DNA of 64,000 nt, from assembly GCA_951406725.2 (NCBI GenBank), contig OX597825.1, positions 21,886,001 through 21,950,000 on the forward strand, read 5' to 3'. The notes beneath the pieces were generated by a model. It was not told where the DNA came from. It ran no database searches and saw nothing but the letters and a program-made list of their open reading frames with translations. A program made the translations under genes and the position numbers. Shown here one piece after another: positions 15,156 to 28,659 of the stretch (position 1 is its first letter; every line of letters begins with the position of its first letter). The stretch comes from Octopus vulgaris. Taxonomy: Eukaryota.

Positions 15156-17604
15156 TTTAGTGAAATGGTACACCCCTTCCCACATGGTAAAGTGGTATGA
15201 ATTGCCACTATAAAGCCAGATAGTCAGTCGTTGTAGGGGTTGAATTCAGTCAGCAGTCGTAGAGTAGATGTACGAGTTTCTTAGTTGGAGTCTGTGTCGG
15301 TTACGTGATATATATGAGTTCGAGTTAACGTCAAGTTAGAAGATCCAAAAGTCATTGTCTTGTGGAGCTATCACTGATAGCACGATTGACAAGTCAAAGA
15401 CAATAAGACGTGGAATACCGCCACAACATAATGGTGGTGACAAAAATGTTACAGTGCTGATGACAATATGCATTTGGATGAGGATCCACATAACACTATA
15501 CAAGTGGACGAAGATCAACATGATAATATAAAGGATAAGAGATTTGCACAGAATTTCTTGAAATCCTGAATTACTAGTATGTACCAAATGGTTATATCAA
15601 CGGGGATTTGTTTGAGTTTGGTATAATTTAACGTACAATAATTTAAATATAATTCGTAAAGAATGAATCTGAGTAACGAGGAATATTTTGATGTAGTTTA
15701 TGTTAATTGGAAAGCGAAGCGCAAAATATTTTAGCAAAAGGAGGAGTGCCATAGTTCCAAATTTAGGCACAATTCCATCATATTTATGGGTCGGGGATAG
15801 TCAATTATTTTTGCCCCAGTACTTGGTAGGTACTTTATTTTATCGACTCCGAAATGATGAATGGTAAGTTCAGCGTCGGAAGGATTTTAACGCTGAACGT
15901 AAAAAAAGCGGAAAAAAATTCACAAAACGTTTTCCAACACTCTTGCAGTTCTGATAGCTCATCATCTTGTCGAAGGAAATGGTATTAATTTAAATTTCTT
16001 TTCGTTTAATTTAGAGGATAAGAAATGCCGAAGTTAATTTGCATGGCCCCTGATATTTGTAGAAAGTAGGGAAAAGTATCACCGAGTCTGGAACCTGGTC
16101 CGAATGATTGCAAGCATGTGGACCGGGTTGAAGGCAGAAAATGCTCAAGGTTGTGTTTAAAAGGGTGGCTGTAAAGTATCATCCATGCAGGCCTGGAGTT
16201 GAAATGTGAACCTGAAAATCAAGAAAAAATTATCGAAAGAAATTCGATCTAACGATCTTATATTTTTGAATCTAAAAAATAAAAAAAAACGTAGGACCAA
16301 TTGACAGGTGTTTATTTATACTGAGAAATGAAAAGCAAAGTTGGTCTTGACGGGATTTGAATGCCGAGCGTTGGGATGTGAAAGAAATACGGCAAGGTTA
16401 TCTATGCGACATCCTAACAACTCTGCTAATTCGCAGTTGGTACAGTGAAGGAATTTGAGCAAGCAGAGATTTCTTCACTGACGTTAGAGTATTCAGAGTA
16501 ACGGTATGATTCAAATAGGGAACGATTTAACAACATATTAAAACTCGTTATGTGTACTGGCAACGTTTTTCTTTCGAAGAGTGAAGATTTCCTGTGATGA
16601 GTTTGAAATTTCAAGCTATGGCTTATATTTTATGAATCGCAATGACGTAGCTTCAACTAGAAACCAACGTTACATTACAATACTGTTACTTGAGATGCTC
16701 TCGAATGTATTTCTCACTTCAAATGACTACACTATAGAATATTTATATGTAGATACTATCATTAGAGAGCGGTGTATGCTGAGGCTAAATTAGGAAAAGA
16801 AAACTGAATGTTTACGAAACTTCACAGAAAACAAATAGCTAATCAGCTAAAAGATTAGGATGAAAGGATTATTTCAAACATGTTGGAAAGTCAAGAAAAA
16901 GATCTAGATAAGTGAATTAATTTGCAGGAGAAATAAACATGAAATGGGTATGAAAACTTAGGCTACATGGATAGATTAAGTGAACTAATATTTGGTAGAT
17001 ATGTAAGATCAAACAAATTGGTATGTAGTAAATAAAGATGGCGTGCCTTGTAAACAAAATCAACAATGTGACCATAGAGTGTAAGCAATGATAACGTCGG
17101 AAAAGTTTATATATTTTTAAACAAAGGGACTTGGATGTTTTTCAGGTGTAAAATTCAGCGTCAGAAGATGCCAGTCAGTGGGAAATGTTTGCTTTCATTT
17201 CGTTTATTATTTGCACTCTGTAGCTGCAATTCTGTAAATATGTATGTAAGGAAATAAAAAAATAAACTATGTTGTTAAGATAATACAGTAGTTGTTAGCG
17301 ATAGTAATTGATGAAATAGGAGATATCGCTGTAATAATAATAAAGCTTTCTCTATTCAACATTGCGAATATAATTCATGGGCACCTCAAAGAATGGACTC
17401 TCATTCGGTTATTTATTTTAATATCCGTATAAATTATGGATATATGTTCGTCCATATGAATGTACGACTCTAACAGGTTTCCGCATTTAATTTAACATAT
17501 ATTGATACACAACCAAATTACGTCAAAACACACGCTAACAACTTATAATGAGAAAAGTATGTTCCTGGCAAAACATCGAATTGGCTCAATTATTATATTG
17601 GTTT

Positions 17605-17815
17605 CAAATTTTGCACTAGGCCAGCAATTTCTGAAGAAGGTGTAAGTCGATGACTAAATTGAACCCAGTACTCAACTGGTAATTATTTCATTAATCCCAA
17701 AAGGATGAAAGACAAACATCGACTTCGGCAGTATTAGAGCTCACAAAGTAGAGACGGACGAAATGCAACGAAGCATTTTTCCCGGCGTGCTAATGATTCT
17801 ACCACCTCGCCACCT
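17605..17815 (-). mobile_element. SINE family C
   Basis: Reverse-complement similarity to 49169-49553. Confidence 0.7.
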
Positions 17816-19229
17816 TAGCTCAATTATTATATTACTATTCAAGTTAGATAAGAAGAATCTTTCTACATTTTAACAGAAAATTCTCTAAAGATGCGTCTAG
17901 AATTCTGAACATAGAAAAAATAAGTAATCTCATATTTACATAAAAAGCTTAAGCATCTAAACAAGAGCTGGCTCCACACGTACAGGTCAGCAGAATGCAA
18001 AAGGGATTTGTAAATACTCGGAAATAGCTTCCAACAACGCAATCCATCGATACATTTTTGTATATTTTAAATTCATTATTCAGTGTCCCCTGGAAATCGA
18101 GTAACTCCTTCCTTGAATGTATATACTAAATGCAAATGAGCAATCCATAGAGTTCATGCAAACAGAACAGACAGGTTATGGGGGAGAAAAATAAATTCAC
18201 GCTGCGGTAATATTATACATTGTGTCATGTTATGGTCACGATTTTTATGCTCGGAATAATATTAAGTGATATCGCATTTCTGGATGATAGGAAATCCCAT
18301 GATGCTTAATATTATCACCGATATGATCAAATTGATCGTATCAATAATTCCCAGCGAACGATCGAGATTCCATGCTAAATGTATGCGATGTGTATTCAGT
18401 TATTGGAAGTATGTTCCAGTTTGCCTCTTAAAATGACGCCTTCGTTTTGTTATTGATTCGCTGACATTAAGGCCGACATTATATGATGATAGAAATAACC
18501 TTTAAATAAATTTCTCTTAAAATGTAGCATATTTCTTCATAGTTAAACTGAATATTAATAGAATAATTGGGCTAATTAAACGTCTTGCTAGCAACATAGA
18601 TTTCTCATAAGATGTTAGCGTGTGTTTCGATGTAGTGTGGTTATGTGTCAGCATGTCTTGAATCAAATATAGAAACATAATAGAGTCGCACTTTCATACG
18701 AAAGACTATTCATAATTTATACAGATGTTAAAATAAATAACCGAATAAGACCCAGATCTCGCGGTGCCAACGGTCCATCTATTACATACATAATTGTTGA
18801 TAGAGGAAGAGAGTTAGTTCGAGCACACTTCTCTAATTAACATATATTTGTGAAAATTTGAAATGCAATAAATCAAACAACAAAAATAGATGTAATAAAC
18901 GCATACTGATATTATCTCTCGGAGAATTCCTGTAAAAGTAGTAACATTAAAAGTTATCAACTTTCATAAGAAGGAATAAATGTGAAAGTGAGATCTTGTA
19001 ATACAGAAAATGTTCTTATACGAATGCTATTATAACAATGATGCTCTTAAAACAGAGGTTGTTAATGTTACAGCAAATACGTCAACATTTTGTTTTATTT
19101 TACTAGGGTAATACACCATATATATCGCAAGATGTACTTTAATTTCGCCCCAATCATTATCGAAATTTACTATTTTTAATGTTATTTCATTCATATTTAA
19201 TTCGCAAAAAAATGTTAGGAATGTGAATA

Positions 19230-19451
19230 CAGAAATCCCTCGACTATCGCGGGTGTTACGTTCCCAAACCTCCCACGATACCTGAAAATCTGCGAAGTAG
19301 AAACAGTATCGTACTATATATATTTTTAAATATTTTAATAACTTGTATATATTTACTTTATTATAAATTCAAAACAACACCACGGAGGAATCGACATAAG
19401 CTTAAATAATAAACCGTGATGGGTGAACCGCAATATGGCGAGGAATTGCTG
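19230..19451. mobile_element. Tigger/pogo-like MITE
   Basis: TA-CAG..cctcg / cgagg..CTG-TA termini; related copy in the opposite orientation at 44608-44817. Confidence 0.75.
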
Positions 19452-20308
19452 TATTAAAAAAAAATTAAGTTTTCGTTGGCATATTGTAATATATACGGCT
19501 TCTCTCATGAATGCCAGCTAAAAATCTCCTTCAATAAAATAAATGTTACCATAGGACGTCCCTTTCTCTGTTGACGATCGGGTACATATTTTCAAAATCA
19601 CGAATCCAATCTAGTACCTATATTTGTATATATGTATAGTATAGATTACGTAGTTTCTAGTATATTAAGTTGTTTGTTTAACAGGAAATATGTTTCAAAC
19701 AGATCTATCGCAAGATAATAAGCACCATCTTGGCATCAACAGTCTTTTATCGATGTATATTAATGTGTGTTTGTCATACAAAATACTGAAATGAGGAAAA
19801 TATCTTCGCAAATATATAACCATGAAAACGCATAAAATTTCCTATAAATACGCATTAATACAATTTCTAAATATTTGCTTACGCGCCAACAGTCATGTAT
19901 AATTCATAATGTTAGTCTGCATCTAGAGAAATGTAATATCATATCTACGTCGATCATAGAGTTCACATTCATATTCAACTGTTGGACAAATTTTTCAGGC
20001 CTTTCCCTTATCGCTTCCAAATATCCTAATCATTCAATAAATATAATAACAGGGATGATTGTAGAAGCATGGGTCATGTCACAGCATAAACAGCTGCCAG
20101 CCATTGAACTGTCTCTAACATCTGTTGATATCTCCTTGTTCGGCCTTTGAAGGAATCTCTTATACGCATCCATGGTTGGCCTTTCTGTAATTCTCCTGTC
20201 ACTAATCTTAATAAATTCAACATCTGGAGCGTAACCGAGTTAAAATTAACCATCCAGAAAAATGGAAAACTGATACCGTTAATTTCTAAATTATGTAAAA
20301 TGATACGT

Positions 20309-20467
20309 TTTCTTCTTCTTCTTTTTCTTCTTCTTCTTCTTCTTCTTCTTTTTATTCTTCTTCTTCTTCTTCTTCTTCTTCTTCTTCTTCTTCTTCTTCT
20401 TCTTCTTCTTCTTCTTCTTCTTCTTCTTCTTCTTCTTCTTCTTCTTCTTCTTCTTCTTCTTCTTCTT
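20309..20467. repeat. (TTC)n microsatellite abutting the 3' end of the R4/Dong-like element
   Basis: Seen directly. Confidence 0.95.
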
Positions 20468-20469
20468 TG

Positions 20470-23400
20470 ATTAAAACTCACAGCTTTCTTTGCTGGGTAT
20501 GATGGAAAGTGTCAGCTGTTCACAGCCTGTAAACGAAGGTGACACTTGTTTACTGGTCATGCTTCAAGAACCCTGCGAAGAATTCTTGTAGTTCCAAGCA
20601 ATGCTGATTTTTGTAGGTGTTCTACCTTCACACTTGCACCAATCTTCTTTAGTGTAGAGTGCTGATACTTCCAAGTGCACCAATTACTATTGCTATCACG
20701 TCTACTCTCTTCATTGACCACAGCCTTTCTATTTCGCACTTTGAATCGTCATAGTTGTTTATTTTTTCTGCTTCGTTCTCATTGATCCTGTTGTCAGTGG
20801 GAAGTGGTGTGTCTATTATCATACATGTTCTTCCTCTTTTATTCATCACAACAATGTCAGGTTTCCGATGGTGATCGCACTCGATATATGCATCCCACAG
20901 GATTTTGCAATTCTCATTCTCGGTGACTCCTGGGGTTTGCCCATACCACGTTATTACTCTTGGTAGGCTCTGATTTCTACAGAATTCCCGATGGTTTATT
21001 CTTGCCACATTGTCATGGCGTCCCTTTATTCGCGTTGTGCCAATTTCGAGCACTCGCTAACGATGTGCAATATCGTTTCCCCCCTCTCACCATATATTCT
21101 TCATATTTCGCTGTCGGTAGTGTTGTCTATTCTGCACTTAACATAGCTGGTCCTTAAAGCTTGTTCTTGAGATACACACATGAGTTCTTCTGCCTCTATA
21201 TTTAGTTCACTTCTCCTCATCCATAACCACCGACCCTCTGTATCTCTCTTGGCGTTTACATCCCTTGCAAACTAATCGTACATTCTTTTCTGTTCATGCT
21301 TTTTCTTTTTGGTGGTCATTTCTTGTTTAAATTTTTCTTTCATTACACAATTTTCAGTTTTGATGACGCCGGTTTTCTTTGTAATTTTCAACAATGACGC
21401 CACGACATTTTTTATATACCATGCTAAGCCGTTTTCCACTGCTTCGATACAGCCCTGGCAACTGATCAAAGCTCCCACCCTTTCTTCTGGACAAGCACAG
21501 CCTCTGGGTGTCATTCTTCATTTCTTTTCATTTCTCCCTTTGGCCATTTTATAATTCCCCTCCATACTGAGATGATGCTATCGCCCACGTATTAAATGCT
21601 TGGATTTTATTCCATGCAGTCAATACTGAGTGTAATACCAACCTTAGTCTTCGAAAATACGCCACCCTCAGTTGCTCTTTCATTTCAATTTCCATTATCT
21701 CGTTGAACGCTACTACAACAAGGTATTTGTATTTTTCCAATTCAATTTGCTTAATCTAGTCTCTATTCGGTACCTTGCCTACTTTTAGGTAGATTATTCC
21801 GCACTGCTTGAGTCCAAATTCCATTCCAATATCAGTGCTAAAACAGTGTACGTGTTCACCAATGATCTCACTTGTGTGTCATCCTTACCATACAGTTTCA
21901 AATATCCATGAAGATGAGGTGGTTCAGTGTTCGAGATTTTCTCCTTTAGATCATACACCAGTTTCATTTTCCTAAGTCCCAAAGGCAGGGGCATCTTGCA
22001 GAGAACAACGAGGAGAAGCTATCACACTAGAAACTCTCTCTTCTGATATTCCAGGGTGTCCAAGCTTTTTCCGTAAGATGTCAGTTCAATTTTCCACCCC
22101 ACCATACTTCTCGACAGGAAACAAGTTTCATTCCTCGCAATTCCAAACTGATCTAAGCACTCGATGATCAACGAATATGGAATCATATAAGCTCTGCGAT
22201 AGTCAATCCAGGCCATCCGAAATGTATTCTCCTTTGTTCACAGTCTTGCATTACCATTTCGTTCATCAAAAATTGGTTCTGAGGTGCCTCTGCATCTCCT
22301 TCTACAACCTTTTGGTTCCGTCGGTTATATATCATTTTCACCAAGAAATTTGTACAGTTCTTCTGGAATTCCTCCTGACAGTAACTTCCACATTAATGGG
22401 AGGCAAGAAATTGGACCGTAATTGTCACAGTCATTTCCCTTTGATGCATCATTTCTCAGAAGATAGTATCAGATATATGAATAAAGAGATAAGCAATTAG
22501 AAAGTAGCAGGACCTGATGGTGCACTGGGATTTTGGATAAAGAAAGTTCAGTAGTTGCCATAAATTGATCGCAGAGCAAATTAATGCATTGATCAATGGA
22601 AGAAGAAATCCCGAGTGGATGACAAAAATACGAACAGTGTTCCTGCTGCTTTCTAATTGCTTATCTCTTTATTCATATATCTGATACTATCTTCTGAGAA
22701 ATGATCGGCCTCTTGCTGGGGATAAGAAGCTGTTTGCTTCAGTCTGTAGAGCCATTCAGCTGTAGTATTATGCTGTTCTTGCTTACTGTATATCCTACCC
22801 CATAAAAGTCGACTTTCATTAGCATCAGGGACTAAGCTTTCAAGTTCTGTATCATCATTAATTTCTTGATAAAATCTTTTTGTTCGTTTCTAAACAATTT
22901 GTTTCGCCAGTATTGCTTAATCTGTTGTCCAAACCTAGTTAGCTTTAGCTTTTTGCACAATTATGTGCTGCTTCAGTTTTTCAATTATAAACGTTAAGCC
23001 TTTTGTATCTACACCAGCATTTCTTCCTAACTTTTTCGAATTTCCATTTATTATTAAGTTCTCCATTTCTTTTCCTGACAATTATTGACACTACACTGTT
23101 CAAGGAGTTTATATCTACTGAAATTCTCCTTTCCCACCAAGGTTGTTTATTTCCGCTTCTGTCCATCGCCGTTCTGTTCTCAGCAGTCCTCTATCCCATC
23201 CATTCCGCCACAATCTTAATAGCAGCCTTGGTAAGATTATTTGTTTGCGTGATGTTCTTTGTTTCAATGTATCTCAATGCATTATTGACTTTATTTGTCT
23301 CTAGATTTAGTCTCCATTCTCCTGCCTACTTAAAGTCGCATATAAATTCTGTCCCTTCCGTATATTTAATAGACACAAAATCCTGTCTATTATTAATCGA

Positions 23401-23720
23401 TCTTCAATGTTTGAGTAGTCACTGATCTCAATTCTTTCACAATTAACAGTAGTATATTCTTGTGAACAATTGTCCATCTCTTCCACTATATCACTTTTAT
23501 TTCTCACACGCTAAACCTCACTCGATAGCCTTCGTTTAATAGCTTCTAGCTCCAATTTTGTTAATTATTCCATTCTTTCGTATTGCTCCTGCTTGGTCAC
23601 GTAATCTCTCTTCAGTAATTTCAAACAGTTCAATTGCCTTCCATGCACTGTGCATCCGTTTACTGTACCCTCTGATAGGCACACCATTAGCATCACCTGG
23701 AGGTTTTCTCCAGTAGTAAC
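20470..23720 (-). mobile_element. Decayed near-full-length RLE-type non-LTR retrotransposon (R4/Dong-like)
   Basis: Minus-strand fragments: MAWIDY, PISCLP, LYGKD (RT region); RHDNVA, KILWD, KPDIVV..IID, EK..Y, IVIGALG, LQKSALLGT.RILRRVL (RLE region); many stops and frameshifts. Confidence 0.88.
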
Positions 23721-24022
23721 ACTCCGGTAGTAATACTCCTCAACCACTCCGGAAGTAACACTCCACAAGAGGAGGGTTCTCTTGGGATGTGCTAGAAACA
23801 ACAGCCAAATCTCCCTTAAATTACACACTTTTCACTCTGGAAATGTTAGCAATTTGTTTATTATTATACCGAAAAGACACCTCCCATGGTTCTGAAGTGT
23901 AATAAAAACATTTTAAAGGGCCAGAATAAGTCCGGAGTGGGATGATGAGGAAGGGGATTGGTTGGTGAAAAAAAAGTTTCAAAATGTGTTCATAAAAAGA
24001 TGCTCCCACCCCATCATTTCTC

Positions 24023-24420
24023 TCTTTACTCTTTTACTCTTTTACTTGTTTCAGTCATTTGACTGCGGCCATGCTGGAGCACCGCCTTTAGTCGAGCAAA
24101 TCGACCCCGGGACTTATTCTTTGTAAGCCCAGTACTTATTCTATAGGTCTCTTTTGCCGAACCGCTAAGTGACGAGGACGTAAACACACCAGCATCGGTT
24201 GTCAAGCAATGCTAGGTGGACAAACACAGACACACAAACACACACACATACATACATATATACGACAGGCTTCTTTCAGTTTCTGTCTATCAAATCCACT
24301 CACAAGGCTTTGGTTGGCCCGAGGCTATAGCAGAAGACACTTGCCCAAGATGCCACGCAGTGGAACTGAACCCGGAACCATGTGGTTGTTTAGCAAGCTA
24401 CTTACCACACAGCCACTCCT
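24023..24420 (-). mobile_element. Full-length tRNA-derived SINE family B
   Basis: Head ggagtggctgtgtggtaagtagcttgc..ggttcagttcc, internal (TA/TG) tract, (AGTAAAAG)n tail. Confidence 0.9.
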
Positions 24421-24795
24421 TTCGAAGGTTGTAATTTTTAAAAAATAGGGAAATCCCCGTCACAACAGAGTAGTTATTTGGTCTTCCTGATGCGAAACGC
24501 CATTTTATCGAAACTCCTCTCTCCACCACCACTGAAGAGATTTTTCCCACAAATTTCTTGATAATCGTAATCTATTTATTTACTTTTCTAAAATTTTCGT
24601 TGCATCTTAAAACATTTCCAATTGTAAAATTCCACATTTCAGACACAGCAATGAAGTAAGTTAAAACTTGCAGAGGCATGTCATTTATTTTTTAGATTAT
24701 CTTTGCATTATATTAGGATCATAACTTACAGAGTTTTCATTAGGACCCTCTTGGTTGTTAAAAAACAAGCATCCAGCATGGTTCTAGTAGCACTC

Positions 24796-24824
24796 ATTAT
24801 TACTATTATTATTATATTATTATT

Positions 24825-24860
<36 letters not shown>

Positions 24861-24885
24861 ATTATTGTTATTATTATTATTATTG

Positions 24886-24935
<50 letters not shown>
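24796..24935. repeat. (ATT)n/(GTT)n compound microsatellite
   Basis: Seen directly. Confidence 0.9.
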
Positions 24936-24936
<1 letters not shown>

Positions 24937-24939
24937 TAT

Positions 24940-25243
24940 GTTTGACTTTTGCTTTATATTGACTCCAAGTCTCACCCAGAGACCTCAAGAGACAACAGGT
25001 TGGAAGTTCACGCTGTTGTTATGCCTAATGTGCCATATATTTGGTTGTTTTTTTTGGGGTTTGTACTAGTGGATGTCTAAAAAATAATGTTCCTTTTAAA
25101 CCTTGAGATTACATAGAAAGTATTTTGCGTAGGATATGAGCAGTTCCCATGAGCTCTATCTTTTGAATTTCTGCCATTTTGGGATTTCCTGGTATCTGAG
25201 TTAGGTAGCAATCAGCCCCTTTTGCAATCATTCCCATGGCACC

Positions 25244-25245
<2 letters not shown>
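24940..25245 (-). mobile_element. 5'-truncated Dong-like 3' end (IGAMGMI..IQKIELMGTAHILRKILSM* plus 3'UTR) embedded in (TAA)n
   Basis: C-terminal motif homologous to 20557-20700; 3'UTR recurs at 37530-37640. Confidence 0.8.
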
Positions 25246-25319
<74 letters not shown>

Positions 25320-25470
25320 GTTATTGTTGTTGTTGTTATTATTATCATTATTATTATTGTTGTTGTTGTTATTATTATCATTATTATTATTGTTGTTGTT
25401 GTTATTATTGTTGTTGTTGTTATTATTATTATTATTATTATTATCATTATTATTATTATTATTATTATTA

Positions 25471-25503
<33 letters not shown>
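25244..25503. repeat. (ATT)n/(GTT)n compound microsatellite just upstream of the DFG exon
   Basis: Seen directly. Confidence 0.9.
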
Positions 25504-25504
<1 letters not shown>

Positions 25505-25539
25505 GGTTATAACGAAGGTTATGATATTACTGATTGTAG

Positions 25540-25609
25540 GTTGCAGATTTTGGAATAACCAAACTCCTACAGCCTTTGAGGGAAGAGTGCAACAAAGAGG
25601 ATTGTGCGT
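25540..25609 (+). CDS. Protein kinase exon (subdomain VII, DFG): VADFGITKLLQPLREECNKEDCA(C)
   Basis: Acceptor gattgtag, donor gtaagt; DFG motif; phase 0 start and phase 1 end match both neighbouring exons. Confidence 0.9.
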
Positions 25610-25925
25610 GTAAGTAATGCTAATGTTTACCTAAATCAGTGACGATGGAAATTTTTGCCGTAACATGCAGATGTTCGTGGGAACTTTTTACTGACGAGGC
25701 TCAAATAGACAGAAACGCGCAATTAGGCAAGCTTTTGCCTATGTTAATGATATACTTTTGTGCTGTTTGACGCTCTACGGCTATAGGAGATAATATACCA
25801 GGACGAATACTAGAGTTAACGTGCTTTCCCTAATGTATCTGCATTTAGTATAGTAAACAGATTACTCTTTTGCAGTAATATTTCGTTTGTTGCACAGATC
25901 AAATGAATAGGCACACACACACATC

Positions 25926-25964
<39 letters not shown>

Positions 25965-26434
25965 CGAGAGGGAGAGAGAGAGAAAGGGAGGGAGGGATAA
26001 AGAAAGAGTGGAAAACTCATTGATGACACTGCAGTTCAAGGCAAAACAGAGTGCGGAAAAGTGGCAATTGACCCAGCAACTGCACAAATTAAAGGTTTGT
26101 CCAAAGTAATGACCATCATGGAGCGATGCACCTCTGAACCTCTGATGTTGCAGATGTTTCTGCCTGGGAATACAGAGCCAAACTGATAAAGCAATGTTCC
26201 TCAGTATCTTTTCTGTACACTCGCCAATGCACAACCTCGGGTTGGCATTATATTGTCGACCCCAGGAGGATAGAAATGTTGAATTCAGCAGAATTTTACT
26301 CCAGCAAGTAGAACACCAAAAACCACGATGCATTTTATTCTACACCCTCATTACAATTCGCCTCACCATACACACACACACACTAACACATACACACATG
26401 CACGCACACACACACACACGCCAATAACCACATT

Positions 26435-26490
<56 letters not shown>

Positions 26491-26692
26491 TGTGTGTCTG
26501 TGAGTGCGTGTACAAACCTCTATATATAAATATATATATTCACGCTCACACAAATATATATACGCATACGCATATAAATGTATGTATGTGTGTGTGTGTG
26601 TGTGTCTGTCTACGATTGTATGTTATTGTAAATTTCTATTTGCCGTATACATGTAACGATATTTCATTCCTTTTGTTCGTGTTTTCTTAAAG

Positions 26693-26880
26693 GTCAAAAG
26701 CACCTCAGCGCATGCGCTCCTTCCATACGGTGGACCGCGCCAGAGGTTCTTCGCAATCCAAGAGCCAGAGAGGAAGACCGCTGTTTTTCCACAGCATCTG
26801 ATGTTTATTCATTTGGTGTATTTATGTGGGAGATATTATACAACAAAGATCCTTTCTACGAAATAGACAACGAAGAAAAG
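26693..26880 (+). CDS. Protein kinase exon (subdomains VIII-IX): QKHLSACAPSIRWTAPEVLRNPRAREEDRCFSTASDVYSFGVFMWEILYNKDPFYEIDNEEK
   Basis: Acceptor ttttcttaaag, donor gtatgt; WTAPE and SDVYSFGV.MWE motifs. Confidence 0.95.
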
Positions 26881-28293
26881 GTATGTTGGTTTTTAATCAT
26901 CTTTATTTGAAGACTATCTCAAGGAAAAACATTAGAAAAAGATTCTGTCACAATATTTGAAAAGACATGGGAAGAAAATGAACGGGTGGCTTCAATAAAA
27001 GGAATCGTAAGGAAAGCTCATATACACACGATTAAATCAATACTATATGGTATAGATGATATTTTCCATTCCCTCAAGTGAGACAGTCGCTTCATTTGTT
27101 TTTGATTATTTCAGGAATTCTACATCGAAAAACTTGCAATGTCCAATTTAGCGCAAGATGATTGATCTGAAATAAATTTGGTATTTTTCGCATGTAAGCA
27201 CGTCACTGAAGTACTTGATAGATTTTCTTGTTTATCTGTTGGCATTGAAGCATTTTTCAAACTGCTACTGTTTTCAGTTTCCGATATATAATATAACGAT
27301 AAGAAAAGTTGACAGCAGAAAACGTATAGCATTGGTGAAGGTTTAGATTTATGCATAAAATGACAAATATGATGCTAAGTATTGCCAGTTCGATCACACA
27401 CCACATTAGATAGGATAAGGTGTCGATGCAAATGAAGTGAAGCTGCAAAAAAGAATTCATCATTCTACTTAGATACCTGTATTTATCTCTAGTTCGAATT
27501 TTTCTTAAATTCGTTGACCCGACACCGAAAATATAGCCACGTGTGGCGATAATGATTATCCCGTTGCAGAATTTACATTGATTATGGAGACAGGGTATTT
27601 GGCGGGCGATTTCTCTATTGCTTGGTGATTAACGTGCGTTCATAAAGAATGAAAGGTGATATACGGTTCTCAAACGCTTGTAATATCAGATATACAATAA
27701 ATTCTTTTGACACCAGGGTTTATAATATGTAAACATATTAACCAAAACAGCTCATTCGAATCCGAATATCTATATAGATATGCAGTTTATATTTCCCTGA
27801 ATCACACACGTATGACCTTCGAAGTTCCTTTATTGCGAAGAAGGAACTTCGGAATCGCCTTTATGGTAAACACACCAGGCTTCTCGCAAGAATCATTATA
27901 TCTCATTGATTTAATGTAAAACATAAGTGATTTGAGGAAAAATTCCATCCAGTCCATCTATTTTTATAGGGTAAGCACTGCTCATCACTGCTACAGTGCT
28001 GATAAAAAGACCATATCAGAAGTTATATTTTGGCGGATTTCCACAAAGTATTGGCAGACACACACAGCATGGAATTAAGCATCTACCAAAGCTAATAGGA
28101 TATTGGTGGCGTTTTATCTTGGAACGCATCGCAACGCAACTGATAAAGATATTTATTCTAAATACGCGTCTGACAAATATATATATATATAAGATAAGCA
28201 CACAATAATTAATAAATGAGTATGATAATTAGTTTCTTGTAACCTTCCCTTATAGAGGTCTCCCATTTTTCATATTACGCGCCAATAAATAAT

Positions 28294-28338
<45 letters not shown>

Positions 28339-28425
28339 TTACAACATACACACATGCATATTCATACACACATACACACATACATATATATATATACATG
28401 CTTACATAGAGATATAAATACATAT

Positions 28426-28462
<37 letters not shown>

Positions 28463-28467
28463 GATAC

Positions 28468-28522
<55 letters not shown>

Positions 28523-28587
28523 TACACATATATACATACATACACACTTGTATATATATATGAATATATGTATGTATAACAAGAACT

Positions 28588-28659
<72 letters not shown>

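Noticed and set aside
19900-20300. Coding-looking minus-strand stretch (also 25980-26340 and 41500-42430)
   Set aside because: No recognisable motif or splice structure; possibly old transposon debris, needs a database search.
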